Positions 1 through 9,230 of a DNA stretch of 64,000 nucleotides are shown here, in pieces. The notes under the pieces are model-generated. The model had not been told where the DNA came from. It did no database searches and worked only from the letters and a program-made list of their open reading frames with translations. The stretch covers positions 12,341 to 76,340 of the forward strand of contig CAVVYZ010000024.1 in the NCBI GenBank assembly GCA_963752595.1, in the 5' to 3' direction. Each line of letters starts with the position of its first letter. Within the stretch, counting starts at the first letter, position 1. This DNA is from an uncultured delta proteobacterium (GTDB taxonomy: Bacteria > Desulfobacterota > Desulfomonilia > UBA1062). The translations under genes were made by a program, and so were the position numbers.

Positions 1-1587
1 GTTGATGACCGGCTCGATCTTCTGCTGGTAAACGGACAGGGAGTCTTCAGGATTGGTCTTTTCCCGCCGCAGGGCAAGCTGCATCCAGAGTGCCTCCGAG
101 CATCCTCCTGCCTTTGCTTCGGACCAGGCGGAATCAACGTCGTCTTCCTCCAGGAGAACCTGTACCAGGAGTGAATGATCCAGGCGGTTATACAGCCGCA
201 TGGGCCCCTTGCTCCTGTTCATGGATGCCTGTTTCTGGGCAAGGAAACCCCGGATCACGGCGACAGCCTTTTCCCGCCATTGCATCCACTGCCTCGTCCT
301 CTTCGCATGGCTCCTCAGGCAATGGTAGCGATCGATTCCCGGATTGCGGGTAAAAGATGCCCATAGGAGCTCCAACGCCTTATCATGCAAGCCTTTCTTG
401 TGGTAGGCACCGGCAAGGAAATCCACGAGCCTCGTGTCGGGCTCGTTTTCGAATGCCCGCACACCGCGTTCTGCCCACGTAATCGAATCATCTTCACGTC
501 CGGCTTCCAGATAGAGCTGAGCGATTTCAAGGAAGCAGGCAGGGCGGGTAAGGTCGCGTTTCTTGATATCGGCGAGGATATCGACGTCCCCCTCGCGCCT
601 GGCCAATGTTTCCATGATGTGGCGAAGCCGGTACCGGTAGGAGTCGAATTGCGCTTTTTCGCCGGGCCCCAGGGGCTTGACCGCCGTCCACGCCTTCTCG
701 GCAAGCCTGCGATATTCGGCCAGGCCTTCTTTGCCCAGCACGTCCGCGTACGTCTCTGCGGCGCCGGAAAATATATCGCAATCGGAGCGGAGTTCCCAGT
801 CGAAAAGCCTCCGTGCCAGGTGTTTCCGGTCCGGCCGGGCTTTCTTGCAGGCGCGGTGATGGATTTCTATGAGATCGGAGATGGTATCCTGCATGGAGAC
901 ACCTGAATCGTCCATACAGTGTACCGCCTGTTCGATATCGGATAATGCATGCTCCGTCAGTTCCATCACCTCAGGCGTGTATCCCTTATTGAAGAGCATT
1001 TCGAGTATTTCTATGGCGTTCTCGACCCTGTTGAAATAATCATAGGTATCGTGATAGTCTACGAAATCCTCGATGAGGATCGCATTATCCAGCCCTTTAA
1101 TCAGACGCTCCATATCTATACTGCCGTCACCCCGCAGGGATGAATGCATCTCGAGCCAGTTCCAGAAGTCGTCATCGTCATCCGCATGTTCCAGGATGAA
1201 ATCGACGAGGACGGCCTTTTTCTGCCTGGCAAGCCATTCGGGGACACTTAGGCTTTCAGTCTTTTTTCTCCCCGACTGCTTCCCGCTGTTTCCCTCCTGC
1301 TTGGCCAGCCATTGGAGACCGGCTGCGACCAGATGCTTGCAGAATTTTCCCTCAGCCCCTACCGGACAGGAGCACGAGAATTCGAGCTCCGTGCTTACCT
1401 TGTCAATCTTTATCTGGACTCGATATTTTTCAGCGCCCTGGACAGATGCCGTGATGCTGCCGTTCTTCTCGGTCAGCGTACGCACTCGTGCTTCCTGGAA
1501 ATACTCGGACCCCCGTCTATAGTTTTGGGCGCCTGCCAGCCTCCTCAAGGTAAACTCGGAGATATATGAATGCAAATCAAGCTTCAT
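1..1587 (-). CDS. SWIM zinc-finger domain protein, 3' end beyond window edge
   Basis: Read manually because it has no stop in the window and is absent from the ORF track: MKLDLHSYISEFTLRRLAGAQNYRRGSEYF...FSCSCPVGAEGKFCKHLVAA (CxC-xn-CxH SWIM motif)...DHSLLVQVLL...YQQKIEPVIN at the edge; AAGGTG RBS upstream. Confidence 0.85.
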   Translation of the reverse strand, partial: MKLDLHSYISEFTLRRLAGAQNYRRGSEYFQEARVRTLTEKNGSITASVQGAEKYRVQIKIDKVSTELEFSCSCPVGAEGKFCKHLVAAGLQWLAKQEGNSGKQSGRKKTESLSVPEWLARQKKAVLVDFILEHADDDDDFWNWLEMHSSLRGDGSIDMERLIKGLDNAILIEDFVDYHDTYDYFNRVENAIEILEMLFNKGYTPEVMELTEHALSDIEQAVHCMDDSGVSMQDTISDLIEIHHRACKKARPDRKHLARRLFDWELRSDCDIFSGAAETYADVLGKEGLAEYRRLAEKAWTAVKPLGPGEKAQFDSYRYRLRHIMETLARREGDVDILADIKKRDLTRPACFLEIAQLYLEAGREDDSITWAERGVRAFENEPDTRLVDFLAGAYHKKGLHDKALELLWASFTRNPGIDRYHCLRSHAKRTRQWMQWREKAVAVIRGFLAQKQASMNRSKGPMRLYNRLDHSLLVQVLLEEDDVDSAWSEAKAGGCSEALWMQLALRREKTNPEDSLSVYQQKIEPVIN

Positions 1588-1667
1588 GCCAGCACACCTT
1601 TACCTTATTCTGGCTTTTTGTAAAGCGGATCTTCGCATGGTGGCAGTCCGGAAAATCACAATTGCTT

Positions 1668-3078
1668 GAGCCAATTGCAAAACTCTCTGCCGTATAATTA
1701 TTGAAGCATAATACAGTTGTCTACATCTAAGATAAAGATCATAACGCGCCATTTACACGGTGATTCTATGCTCAACATCACCCTTATGTCGATTTCCGAG
1801 CGCAGCTATCCAGCTCCTACTCCAATAGGCGGTGCGAATATATCTGATTTTATCGCATGTATCCTTCAACAAAGCATCTGGAAGAGTTGGTTCGCAGTAA
1901 TGACAATGAGCCCGAACATAAGATGCGCCATGACCTTGGACGCTCCTTTAACCCTTATATGACTCCCTCCATGGTTATCTTTCAGATACGAATTCACCCG
2001 CTCAACGCTGCTCCTCTGCGCAAACCGTGCCTTCCTGGCAGGATCAAGAGGTATCTTCTCTCCACGCCTTGGATTGGGATCAATGATCGGAACATGAGAG
2101 AGTCCCTCACTGAACCCTTGATCTGCGGCGCATCATAGGCGGCGTCCATGAGATCATACAGGCTCGTCACCCGCTTCGACGTCATCTGGGCAAGCGGTAT
2201 GGCCGCCTGGGAATCATGCAATGATGCAGAGGTCAACAATGCACTCACCGGTATGTCCCCATCGATACAGTCAATATGCAGCTTGTAGCCCCGCCACGTC
2301 ATCTTGTATCCCTTGCTGTCCTTCTTGGTCCCCACGTCACAATGATACGGCAGATCCGACAGATTCTCCTCAAGGCTACGGCCAACCTGAAGATCCAGCC
2401 TTTTCGGAGGCTTGGGAACAGCTTCTTCTCCTCGCTTCGGGCGGCCACGCTTCCTTTTCGGCAACAGAGTGGTTTCCTCAGCCTCTTTCTTCACCGCCTT
2501 CTCCCTCGCCTCAATGGCCGTCGCATCCCTGCTCACATGCCCGGCAATTTTCTCACCACAGTGCGCCTTCACCATGGCCTCGTGAACCTTCTGGGGCAGG
2601 CACCCCCGAGCATATTCAGCAAACGCCCGTGAAAAGGTCGATCCCGATGGTATATCCCCTCTCGTCTCCCATCCGCATAATCGCCTCAGGTTCTTGCTGC
2701 CCATCAGGTATTCTATGAGCACTTTCGTCGTCTCGAAATTGTATACCGCCTTGGCTACAAACGCTTTCGCGATCGCTGTCCTGTCTTCGCGTCTCCTGCC
2801 TAACCCTATCCACCGGTATTCACCCATATGCCTGGGCAAGTCCATCAGGGAAACAACCTTCACAAACTGCTGCTCCTTCTCACTCAATGGATCAAGTCGC
2901 TCTTCCAACCATGGAAAAAGTCTCGCTTGTGTGGTATGCCAAATATCGAAGAGATTGCTCATCGTTACTCCTTTCTTTTTGCTCGACACAAAAAGAATAG
3001 AGCTTTCTCTTCATTATTTCAATCAGTTATCTTGCTTATTGAAATATTATCGCAATCTGTGTGTTTTGCAATTGGCTC
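1668..3078 (-). mobile_element. IS1182/IS5-like insertion sequence (1411 bp)
   Basis: Perfect 16-bp terminal inverted repeats GAGCCAATTGCAAAAC (1668-1683 / 3063-3078), flanked by 4-bp direct repeat GCTT (1664-1667 / 3079-3082), enclosing a DDE transposase. Confidence 0.9.
1866..2962 (-). pseudogene. DDE transposase (IS1182/IS5-like), frameshifted near 2115-2117
   Basis: Motifs PSGSTFSRAF, SRDATAI, GYKLH, LMDAAYD; the C-terminus continues in another frame (FSEGLSHVPIIDPNPRRG...RSSVERVNSYLKD...RVKGASKVMAHLMFG) to a TGA at 1866-1868. Confidence 0.85.
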
Positions 3079-3087
3079 GCTTGTTAT

Positions 3088-4770
3088 TCATAAAAAATAT
3101 TTGTCCTGCAGGGTAACAGTCATGTTCCGTCCCTTTGCCTTTGCGTTATAAAGCGCCTCATCTGCAAGCTTTATCAGCATCTCTATGGATATGTCCTTGC
3201 AGGGAACCATGCAGGCCACCCCTGCACTGAGCGTGACTCGCCCATCCAGCAGGGACTTTGCATGGGGGATCGCAAGCCCGTAAATCTCTGTGCGTATCGT
3301 CTCGGCGAGATGTATGGCCCCATTGATATCCGTTGCAGGCAGGATGAGGGCAAATTCTTCTCCGCCGTATCTGGCTGCAAAATCCGAAGCCCTCTTGATA
3401 TTGCGGCTGATCACCCCTGCTATGGCACGCAGGCAGTCGTCGCCTTCCTGATGCCCATAGGTATCGTTATAACGCTTGAAAAAATCCACATCGAATATGA
3501 TGAGCGAAAGCGGGATGCTGTCGCGCACTCCTCTCTTCCACTCAATATCCATGTATTCATCGAATCTGCGCCGGTTAGAAAGCTGGGTCAGGCCGTCCAC
3601 CGTAGCGAGTCTCTGCAGCTCTTTATTCGCCTCCTGCAGCTTGGTTTCTATCTCCTGCCTCTTGGATATATCCTCTATGAGCTGCTCATTGATCCTCTCC
3701 ATCACTGTGTTCATGTCTTCGATCTTTTCCAGCATACGGTCGAATTCCCGGGCAAGGGTCCCGATCTCATCATGCCGTTTTACGGAGAGCCGGACAGAGA
3801 AATTCCCGGTACGGCCGATGGAAAGCACATGCTTGGTGAGGTTGGTAACAGGATGCAGGATTGTCCGCTGCATGAGAAAAAGAATGACGGCTACAACCAG
3901 AAGGCCTATCACGGCAAGAGTGAGGAGCGTATACCGCATGGCCTCCCGGCCGTGCCTGATGATATCCCTGGTCATCGTGCTCTTGATGAGAAAAGCGGTT
4001 TTGCCCCTGATATCAGGATATGCTGCGAGAATAGTGAGATGATCTTCATCTGTATAGTCGATGGCATAGGGGAGTTCTCCGTCGAGAGAAAAGGGAGCAT
4101 CTTTCAGGATAGCCCTTGCCTCGGCTGTGTCTTCACTAATGGCGAATCCTACACGTGTCTGCTCGCTGAGCCTTGATACGAAATCTCTGGTAAGGAACTC
4201 TCCCAGGATCAAGGAACCGCGCACAGGCCCGATGTTTCCGCTCAATAATATCGGCCTGGATGCAACGAGCATGGGACCCTTTTCTGTACCGATCACCCCC
4301 GAGAGAGACATCTCTGCCAGGCTCGTTCTCTGCATGTTCAACTGGAGCAGGGAATGTTCCGCGGGAAGCGCATCCTGAGGGAAATCTCTCAAATCAATGG
4401 TTTTTTTCGTCTTGAGGTCATAGACCTTACCCCACACTACCTTCCCCTGGAGATCACATATATACAAGAGGTTGATTCCAAGGTCTTCGAATGTGCTGTT
4501 GGAAAGGTTGCTCTCGATATATTCATCCGAACGGTCCGCCACGAAATGATATGTGTCGTCCCACGATGCCCAATCATGCGATATGGAATCGAGGTGTTCT
4601 ATTTCCCTTCTGATTGAATGGACCGATCGCTGGAGATTATCTTTTGCCTGGATGCCCTCGAGTGTCTTGAACCTCGGGAATACAATGAGACTCTGGATAT
4701 TGTAGTCGATAATCCCATACAGGCCGAATAAGAAAATCAGGATCAGGATTACCTTGGATTTCAGACTCAT
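3088..4770 (-). CDS. Membrane diguanylate cyclase (CHASE4-HAMP-GGDEF)
   Basis: Two TM segments, CHASE4 motif DWASWDDTY, HAMP motif DEIGTLAREFDRM, DGLTQLSNRR, ARYGGEEF active site with RxxD (RASD) I-site. Confidence 0.92.
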   Translation of the reverse strand: MSLKSKVILILIFLFGLYGIIDYNIQSLIVFPRFKTLEGIQAKDNLQRSVHSIRREIEHLDSISHDWASWDDTYHFVADRSDEYIESNLSNSTFEDLGINLLYICDLQGKVVWGKVYDLKTKKTIDLRDFPQDALPAEHSLLQLNMQRTSLAEMSLSGVIGTEKGPMLVASRPILLSGNIGPVRGSLILGEFLTRDFVSRLSEQTRVGFAISEDTAEARAILKDAPFSLDGELPYAIDYTDEDHLTILAAYPDIRGKTAFLIKSTMTRDIIRHGREAMRYTLLTLAVIGLLVVAVILFLMQRTILHPVTNLTKHVLSIGRTGNFSVRLSVKRHDEIGTLAREFDRMLEKIEDMNTVMERINEQLIEDISKRQEIETKLQEANKELQRLATVDGLTQLSNRRRFDEYMDIEWKRGVRDSIPLSLIIFDVDFFKRYNDTYGHQEGDDCLRAIAGVISRNIKRASDFAARYGGEEFALILPATDINGAIHLAETIRTEIYGLAIPHAKSLLDGRVTLSAGVACMVPCKDISIEMLIKLADEALYNAKAKGRNMTVTLQDKYFL

Positions 4771-4883
4771 CCCTTACAGACACCTCCCACTTGTACAGGT
4801 ATCCGCTTTGGAAAGATCTCCACGCCGTACGGGAGCGGATACACGATCTCCCTGAATTCATCGGCGCGGATTCTTGTCATCAT
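4767..4883 (-). CDS. Putative 38-aa small ORF coupled to the diguanylate cyclase start
   Basis: GGAG RBS, MMTRIRADEFREIVYPLPYGVEIFPKRIPVQVGGVCKG*, stop overlapping the DGC start as ATGA. Confidence 0.3.
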   Translation of the reverse strand: MMTRIRADEFREIVYPLPYGVEIFPKRIPVQVGGVCKG

Positions 4884-5036
4884 CTTTATTTTCTCCGAGA
4901 TTCTCTACCCAATGTTATCGGCAATCCAAGCGGGCATACTTAAGCAGGGATCTGATCTTCACATGATGAGAGAAAAATCGAGATAGTGACTCTATGGGCA
5001 CGGATGGAGTGATGGGTTTGCGGAACCGGGGAGGGA

Positions 5037-7586
5037 TTACGCCGGTCGGGGTTTTTTCAGAGGGATGCGGATCCGGATGGCCGTTCCCTTGCCTTTTCTT
5101 CCTGCGATCGCCATCCTGCCTCCCAGGAGCTTTATCCGTTCCTTGATCCCGAGGATTCCAAACGAACCAGCCTTTTTGATGTCGCCTCGCGTTACACCCT
5201 TTCCATTGTCGCACACCAGGAGCTCGATACCGGATTCGCCGAGCTGTAGCGTGATCTCTACCTTTGTGGCCTGGGAATGCCTTGCGATATTGGTCAGGGC
5301 CTCCTGGCATATCCTGAATACTGCGGTGGATATCTTGGAATCGGTGATCAGCCTTTCGGGGTCAGGATCGAGGATGGCATCGCAGACGATTCCGGTGCGG
5401 CGCTGGAACTCTTCTGCCTGCCATTCAATGGCCGAGGTGAGGCCGAGGTCGTCCAAAAGCCCCGGTCGGAGCTCCATGAGGATGCGCTCTACGGTTTTTA
5501 TGGTCGAGTCGATATGGTCGATCATGGAAGTGACTTTTTCGTGAATCTCAAGTCTATCTTCGGGAACCCTTTTCCCTACCCAGAAAAGATCCATTTTCAA
5601 CGCAGTCAGAATCTGGCCGAGCTCGTCATGGATTTCCCTTGCAATCTCTGCGCGTTCGCCTTCGAGCACCGTATGGAGGTGCTCTGCATGGATCCGGAGC
5701 TGTTTTTTCGACCTCCTCAACTGCTCTTCCGCGCACTTACGCTCGGTGATGTCATTGATGAACCCTTCCAGGGCAACGAGTTCACCTGACGGAGAGAATA
5801 TCCCCAAACCTCTTTCCCAGACCCATTTGAGCCTGCCTTCAGAGGTGATGATCCTGTAGGTGATCTGAAACCGCTCGCGGGTCTTCAGGGAATCCTGCAC
5901 CGTATCCCAGACATATTGCCGGTCGTCGGGATGGACCAGGTCTCCGTAGGATACCTTGGAATTGTCCACCAGATCGAAAGGGCGGTATCCGGTGAGAGCA
6001 TAGCTCCCTTCACTGACAAATTTCATGGTCCAGCCCCAGTCATTCCTGCACCGGTAGGCCATGCCTGGAAGGTTCCCCATAAGGGTTGCAAGTATCCGCT
6101 GGTTCTCCCTGAGAGATTCCTCTGCCCGCTTCTTTTCCGTGATGTCGGTGTACGTCGAGACGATGCGCCTGTCGCCCTCCCTCTCACCGATCCGGGAAAC
6201 GCTCGTCAGGCAGATAACATCACGGCCGTCCCTACGCTTGTATGTATATTCAAGGCTGTATGTTTCATTGTCCATGAGCTGCTCGTAGAGCTTTCTTGCC
6301 TCTCGGATATAGCTCTCCTTGTCAGGGAAAAGGACATTCATGGTCTTGCCGATAAGCTCCTCAGGCTTCCAGCCGAAGACGGTCTCAACCGCATGGTTCG
6401 TGAACATGATCCTCCGGTTGTCGAGACCGATCACCGCGTGGGGAATGGAAGCCATGATTGAAGACTGGAGTGCGGTAATTTCATCGAGACTCTTCCGTGC
6501 GGCTTTCAGCTCCGTGATATCCGTGAAGTTGAAGAGAAAGGCATGATGCTGAAGGTAAAACAGAGAAGTAACGGTCACCATCATCCACCTGATATCCCGG
6601 GATCTGGTGACTATTTTCAGCTCTATGGGCCTGCCGGGCATTTTTGAGGACCGATCGTGGTTCAGGATACCCATTACCATGCATCTATCGTCCGGATGAA
6701 TCAGCGAGACAGGATCCATCTCGGAAAGCTCGGATTCATCATACCCGGTGAATTCCAGGAGCTTGGCATTTGCAAACCTGAGCCTGCCTCCCTGGATGAT
6801 GCACAGACCGATGGATGAGCTCCTGATGAGGCTCCGGCTCAGGGCCTCTGCCGTATCCCGCTCGGTGAAGTCTTCAAGGTGCATGATAACCAGATCGGGG
6901 TGGACAAAGACGTAGGTAAGATCGGCAATGCGCTCGTCTCCGGAGGTGAACATCCTATAGAGTGTCCTCCTCCTGAGAATAGACCGCTCGTGGAAGCATC
7001 GCTCGAAATCAGAAATAATATCCTGTCTTTCCCGGTAGAGTTCACGAGCAGTCTTGCCCATGTATTCCTTCAGGATTTCCTTCGCCGTTTCCTGGGCCCG
7101 ACTGTTGAAACCGATGAGTGCGAAGGTGTCTCCCGTACGCTGCCAGGTAAGGCTTAAGTTTGGGTAATCCCGGGCATGGGGATTGACCCCTTCCGACAGG
7201 CGGGAATCGACAGGATACCGGCAAAAGTAATGCTCGCTGACATCCCTGATAACGGCAAGGATCTTCGTTTCATTTGCGATGGTGATCGCCCGGTTGCTGT
7301 ACTGAACGGGGAACAGAGTCCCGTTTTTCTTCCGGCAGCTGATCCAGACGAACATCCGTCCGGTAGTATTCGCCTCATCCATAAATTCCGGGAAGGTATG
7401 GGCTGTTTCCGCAGATACGAGATCATTGATTGCAAGACCTTTCATCTCCTCGTTCGAGTATCCGAACATCTCCAGAACGGCCTCGTTGCACTCCTGAATC
7501 CTTCCGTTGGGGTCAGTAATCAAGACCCCTTCGGGGAAGCTTTCAAACAGCACATGACCAAAGTCGGATACGTTGAAATCAATCAT
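5037..7586 (-). CDS. Cytoplasmic multi-PAS sensor histidine kinase (HisKA_3, NarX/UhpB type)
   Basis: Several PAS/PAC units (HPDDR, DITERK), H-box ERAEIAREIHDELGQ, N-box RICQEALTNIARHS, G-boxes DNGKG and FGILGIKER. Confidence 0.93.
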   Translation of the reverse strand: MIDFNVSDFGHVLFESFPEGVLITDPNGRIQECNEAVLEMFGYSNEEMKGLAINDLVSAETAHTFPEFMDEANTTGRMFVWISCRKKNGTLFPVQYSNRAITIANETKILAVIRDVSEHYFCRYPVDSRLSEGVNPHARDYPNLSLTWQRTGDTFALIGFNSRAQETAKEILKEYMGKTARELYRERQDIISDFERCFHERSILRRRTLYRMFTSGDERIADLTYVFVHPDLVIMHLEDFTERDTAEALSRSLIRSSSIGLCIIQGGRLRFANAKLLEFTGYDESELSEMDPVSLIHPDDRCMVMGILNHDRSSKMPGRPIELKIVTRSRDIRWMMVTVTSLFYLQHHAFLFNFTDITELKAARKSLDEITALQSSIMASIPHAVIGLDNRRIMFTNHAVETVFGWKPEELIGKTMNVLFPDKESYIREARKLYEQLMDNETYSLEYTYKRRDGRDVICLTSVSRIGEREGDRRIVSTYTDITEKKRAEESLRENQRILATLMGNLPGMAYRCRNDWGWTMKFVSEGSYALTGYRPFDLVDNSKVSYGDLVHPDDRQYVWDTVQDSLKTRERFQITYRIITSEGRLKWVWERGLGIFSPSGELVALEGFINDITERKCAEEQLRRSKKQLRIHAEHLHTVLEGERAEIAREIHDELGQILTALKMDLFWVGKRVPEDRLEIHEKVTSMIDHIDSTIKTVERILMELRPGLLDDLGLTSAIEWQAEEFQRRTGIVCDAILDPDPERLITDSKISTAVFRICQEALTNIARHSQATKVEITLQLGESGIELLVCDNGKGVTRGDIKKAGSFGILGIKERIKLLGGRMAIAGRKGKGTAIRIRIPLKKPRPA

Positions 7587-8215
7587 TTGATGAGATTTTT
7601 TTCTACTGCGTAAAAGGTGAGCTGGGCATTGTTCCTCATGCTCATCTTTTCAAGGATATTTGCCCGGTACGTACTGATGGTTTTAACACTTAAACACAGA
7701 TTATTGGCTACCTCGGTGACGGTCTTCCCTGAAGCGAGCATGAGCATCACCTGGTATTCGCGGTCGGAAAGCTTTTCATGGAGCTGCTTTAAGCTGTGTC
7801 TGTCGATTTCCGAGGCCAGGATCTCCGCCAAGTTCTGGCTTATATACTTTCCGCCCTTGGATACTTTATGGATGGCCCGGATCAGCTCGATAGGAGCGCT
7901 CGCCTTCGTGAGATACCCTGATGCGCCGGCCCGGAGAGCCCGTACCGCATACTGCTCCTCAGGATAAATGCTCAGGATGAGCACCCAGATATTGGGATTG
8001 ATCTGCTTGATGTCGCTTATCACTTCGAGGCCGCTTCTGCCCGGCATGCCGATATCGAGAAGCACGAGGTCGACCTCATGTTTCCAGAGGAAATCAATCA
8101 CCTCTCCGCTATTGCCGGCCTCACCGGCAAGATGCACATCGGGATCGTCCGCAAGAATCTGCTTGAGGCCGGTTCTTACAATTGGGTGATCGTCAGCGAT
8201 TAAAATCTTTACCAC
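7583..8215 (-). CDS. NarL/LuxR-family response regulator
   Basis: IADDHPIVR, LLDIGMPG, GASGYLTK, LSDREYQV...LSVKTISTYR HTH; ATGA overlap with the kinase. Confidence 0.95.
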   Translation of the reverse strand: MVKILIADDHPIVRTGLKQILADDPDVHLAGEAGNSGEVIDFLWKHEVDLVLLDIGMPGRSGLEVISDIKQINPNIWVLILSIYPEEQYAVRALRAGASGYLTKASAPIELIRAIHKVSKGGKYISQNLAEILASEIDRHSLKQLHEKLSDREYQVMLMLASGKTVTEVANNLCLSVKTISTYRANILEKMSMRNNAQLTFYAVEKNLIK

Positions 8216-8641
8216 TCCGCAGTCCTCACTTATCCCAAGTCATAGTGCCAAGGAATGCCTTTGAGTGCAAGGCTTCTTTTATCGGTGTAAGGCGAATTTC
8301 GATACAGTTCATGAAGTGCGGCACCCTTGAAGTATCAAACCAGTAAATTTACTGAACAGGTTCTTACCTCCTCTCCTCATCTCACGCAAGTCATTTGCTG
8401 TATTTTGTTATTTTAAAAGGAATATTTCTTCCCCCCATGATCGATTAAACCATTTATTCTATAAAGAGTGCTACGAATTATCGGGTGTTGAGAAGAACAT
8501 ATGAAAATGCCGCATTGCTGATACTGCGTTTTATATCCTAAAGGAGAAATCTTTTACTTATTAAATGGGTAATATATTTCCCAAGTACCCTTCCTTTCCC
8601 TTACCAATCCACTCATATCGTTGATTTATCTTGATTTTTTA

Positions 8642-8658
8642 TTGGCATAGACATTGCT
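8642..8658 (+). promoter_or_regulatory. sigma54 (-24/-12) promoter
   Basis: TTGGCATAGACATTGCT: GG-N10-GC with consensus flanks, in AT-rich intergenic DNA about 75 nt upstream of the ORF at 8734. Confidence 0.7.
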
Positions 8659-8733
8659 CATTTTGAAGGTATAATTTTTAATACTGTGAAATATTCCCGG
8701 GACTTACGGGTAAAGTAAAGGGGGTATGCGGTC

Positions 8734-9030
8734 ATGGGAGAAAAGGTGAGCATTCTTGATGAACTGAAATGCAGTCAGGCTGTAGGCGTGATCAGCGATC
8801 TCATCAAACGTGAATGCCAGGGCTTTATCCTTCCCCCTTCAGAAGTGAAACGCCTCCTGGGCATTCCAGTGCACTACCAGACATGGTATCTGCACAGGAG
8901 CGTAATCCAGCTAAAGAAAAAGCTCGCTAATAATTATATCTCTGTGGCAATCAGCCCGGAAGACGGGATCTGCTTTACCTTGTACAAAGTACCCAGGCAG
9001 CCCGGCATACGGGTTTCGCCGATAAATTAG
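8734..9030 (+). CDS. Hypothetical protein (98 aa)
   Basis: ORF with GGGGG RBS between a sigma54 promoter and a strong hairpin; no family recognised. Confidence 0.6.
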   Translation: MGEKVSILDELKCSQAVGVISDLIKRECQGFILPPSEVKRLLGIPVHYQTWYLHRSVIQLKKKLANNYISVAISPEDGICFTLYKVPRQPGIRVSPIN

Positions 9031-9060
9031 GCTTTAGGAAATATACCTCCCTCCTTTCCC

Positions 9061-9101
9061 AACAAACCGGACCTCTTCATTGAGAAGGGGTCCGGTTTGT
9101 T
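9061..9101. terminator. Stem-loop, probable intrinsic terminator
   Basis: AACAAACCGGACCTCTTC-ATTGA-GAAGGGGTCCGGTTTGTT, 18-bp stem with one G-U pair. Confidence 0.75.
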
Positions 9102-9230
9102 ACTCTTCGACTGTTTCATATGACCGCCACCCAGGCTGCATCCAGCTTGATTTTATACCGCTTGTTTTTACTATACTTTCATCCCAGCAAGAGAATCGGT
9201 TGACCGGTTTCAGCCATAGAAGGAGGTAAA

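Noticed and set aside
90-1569. Plus-strand ORFs (e.g. 385-906, 1073-1522)
   Set aside because: Antisense shadows of the SWIM gene; no motifs of their own.
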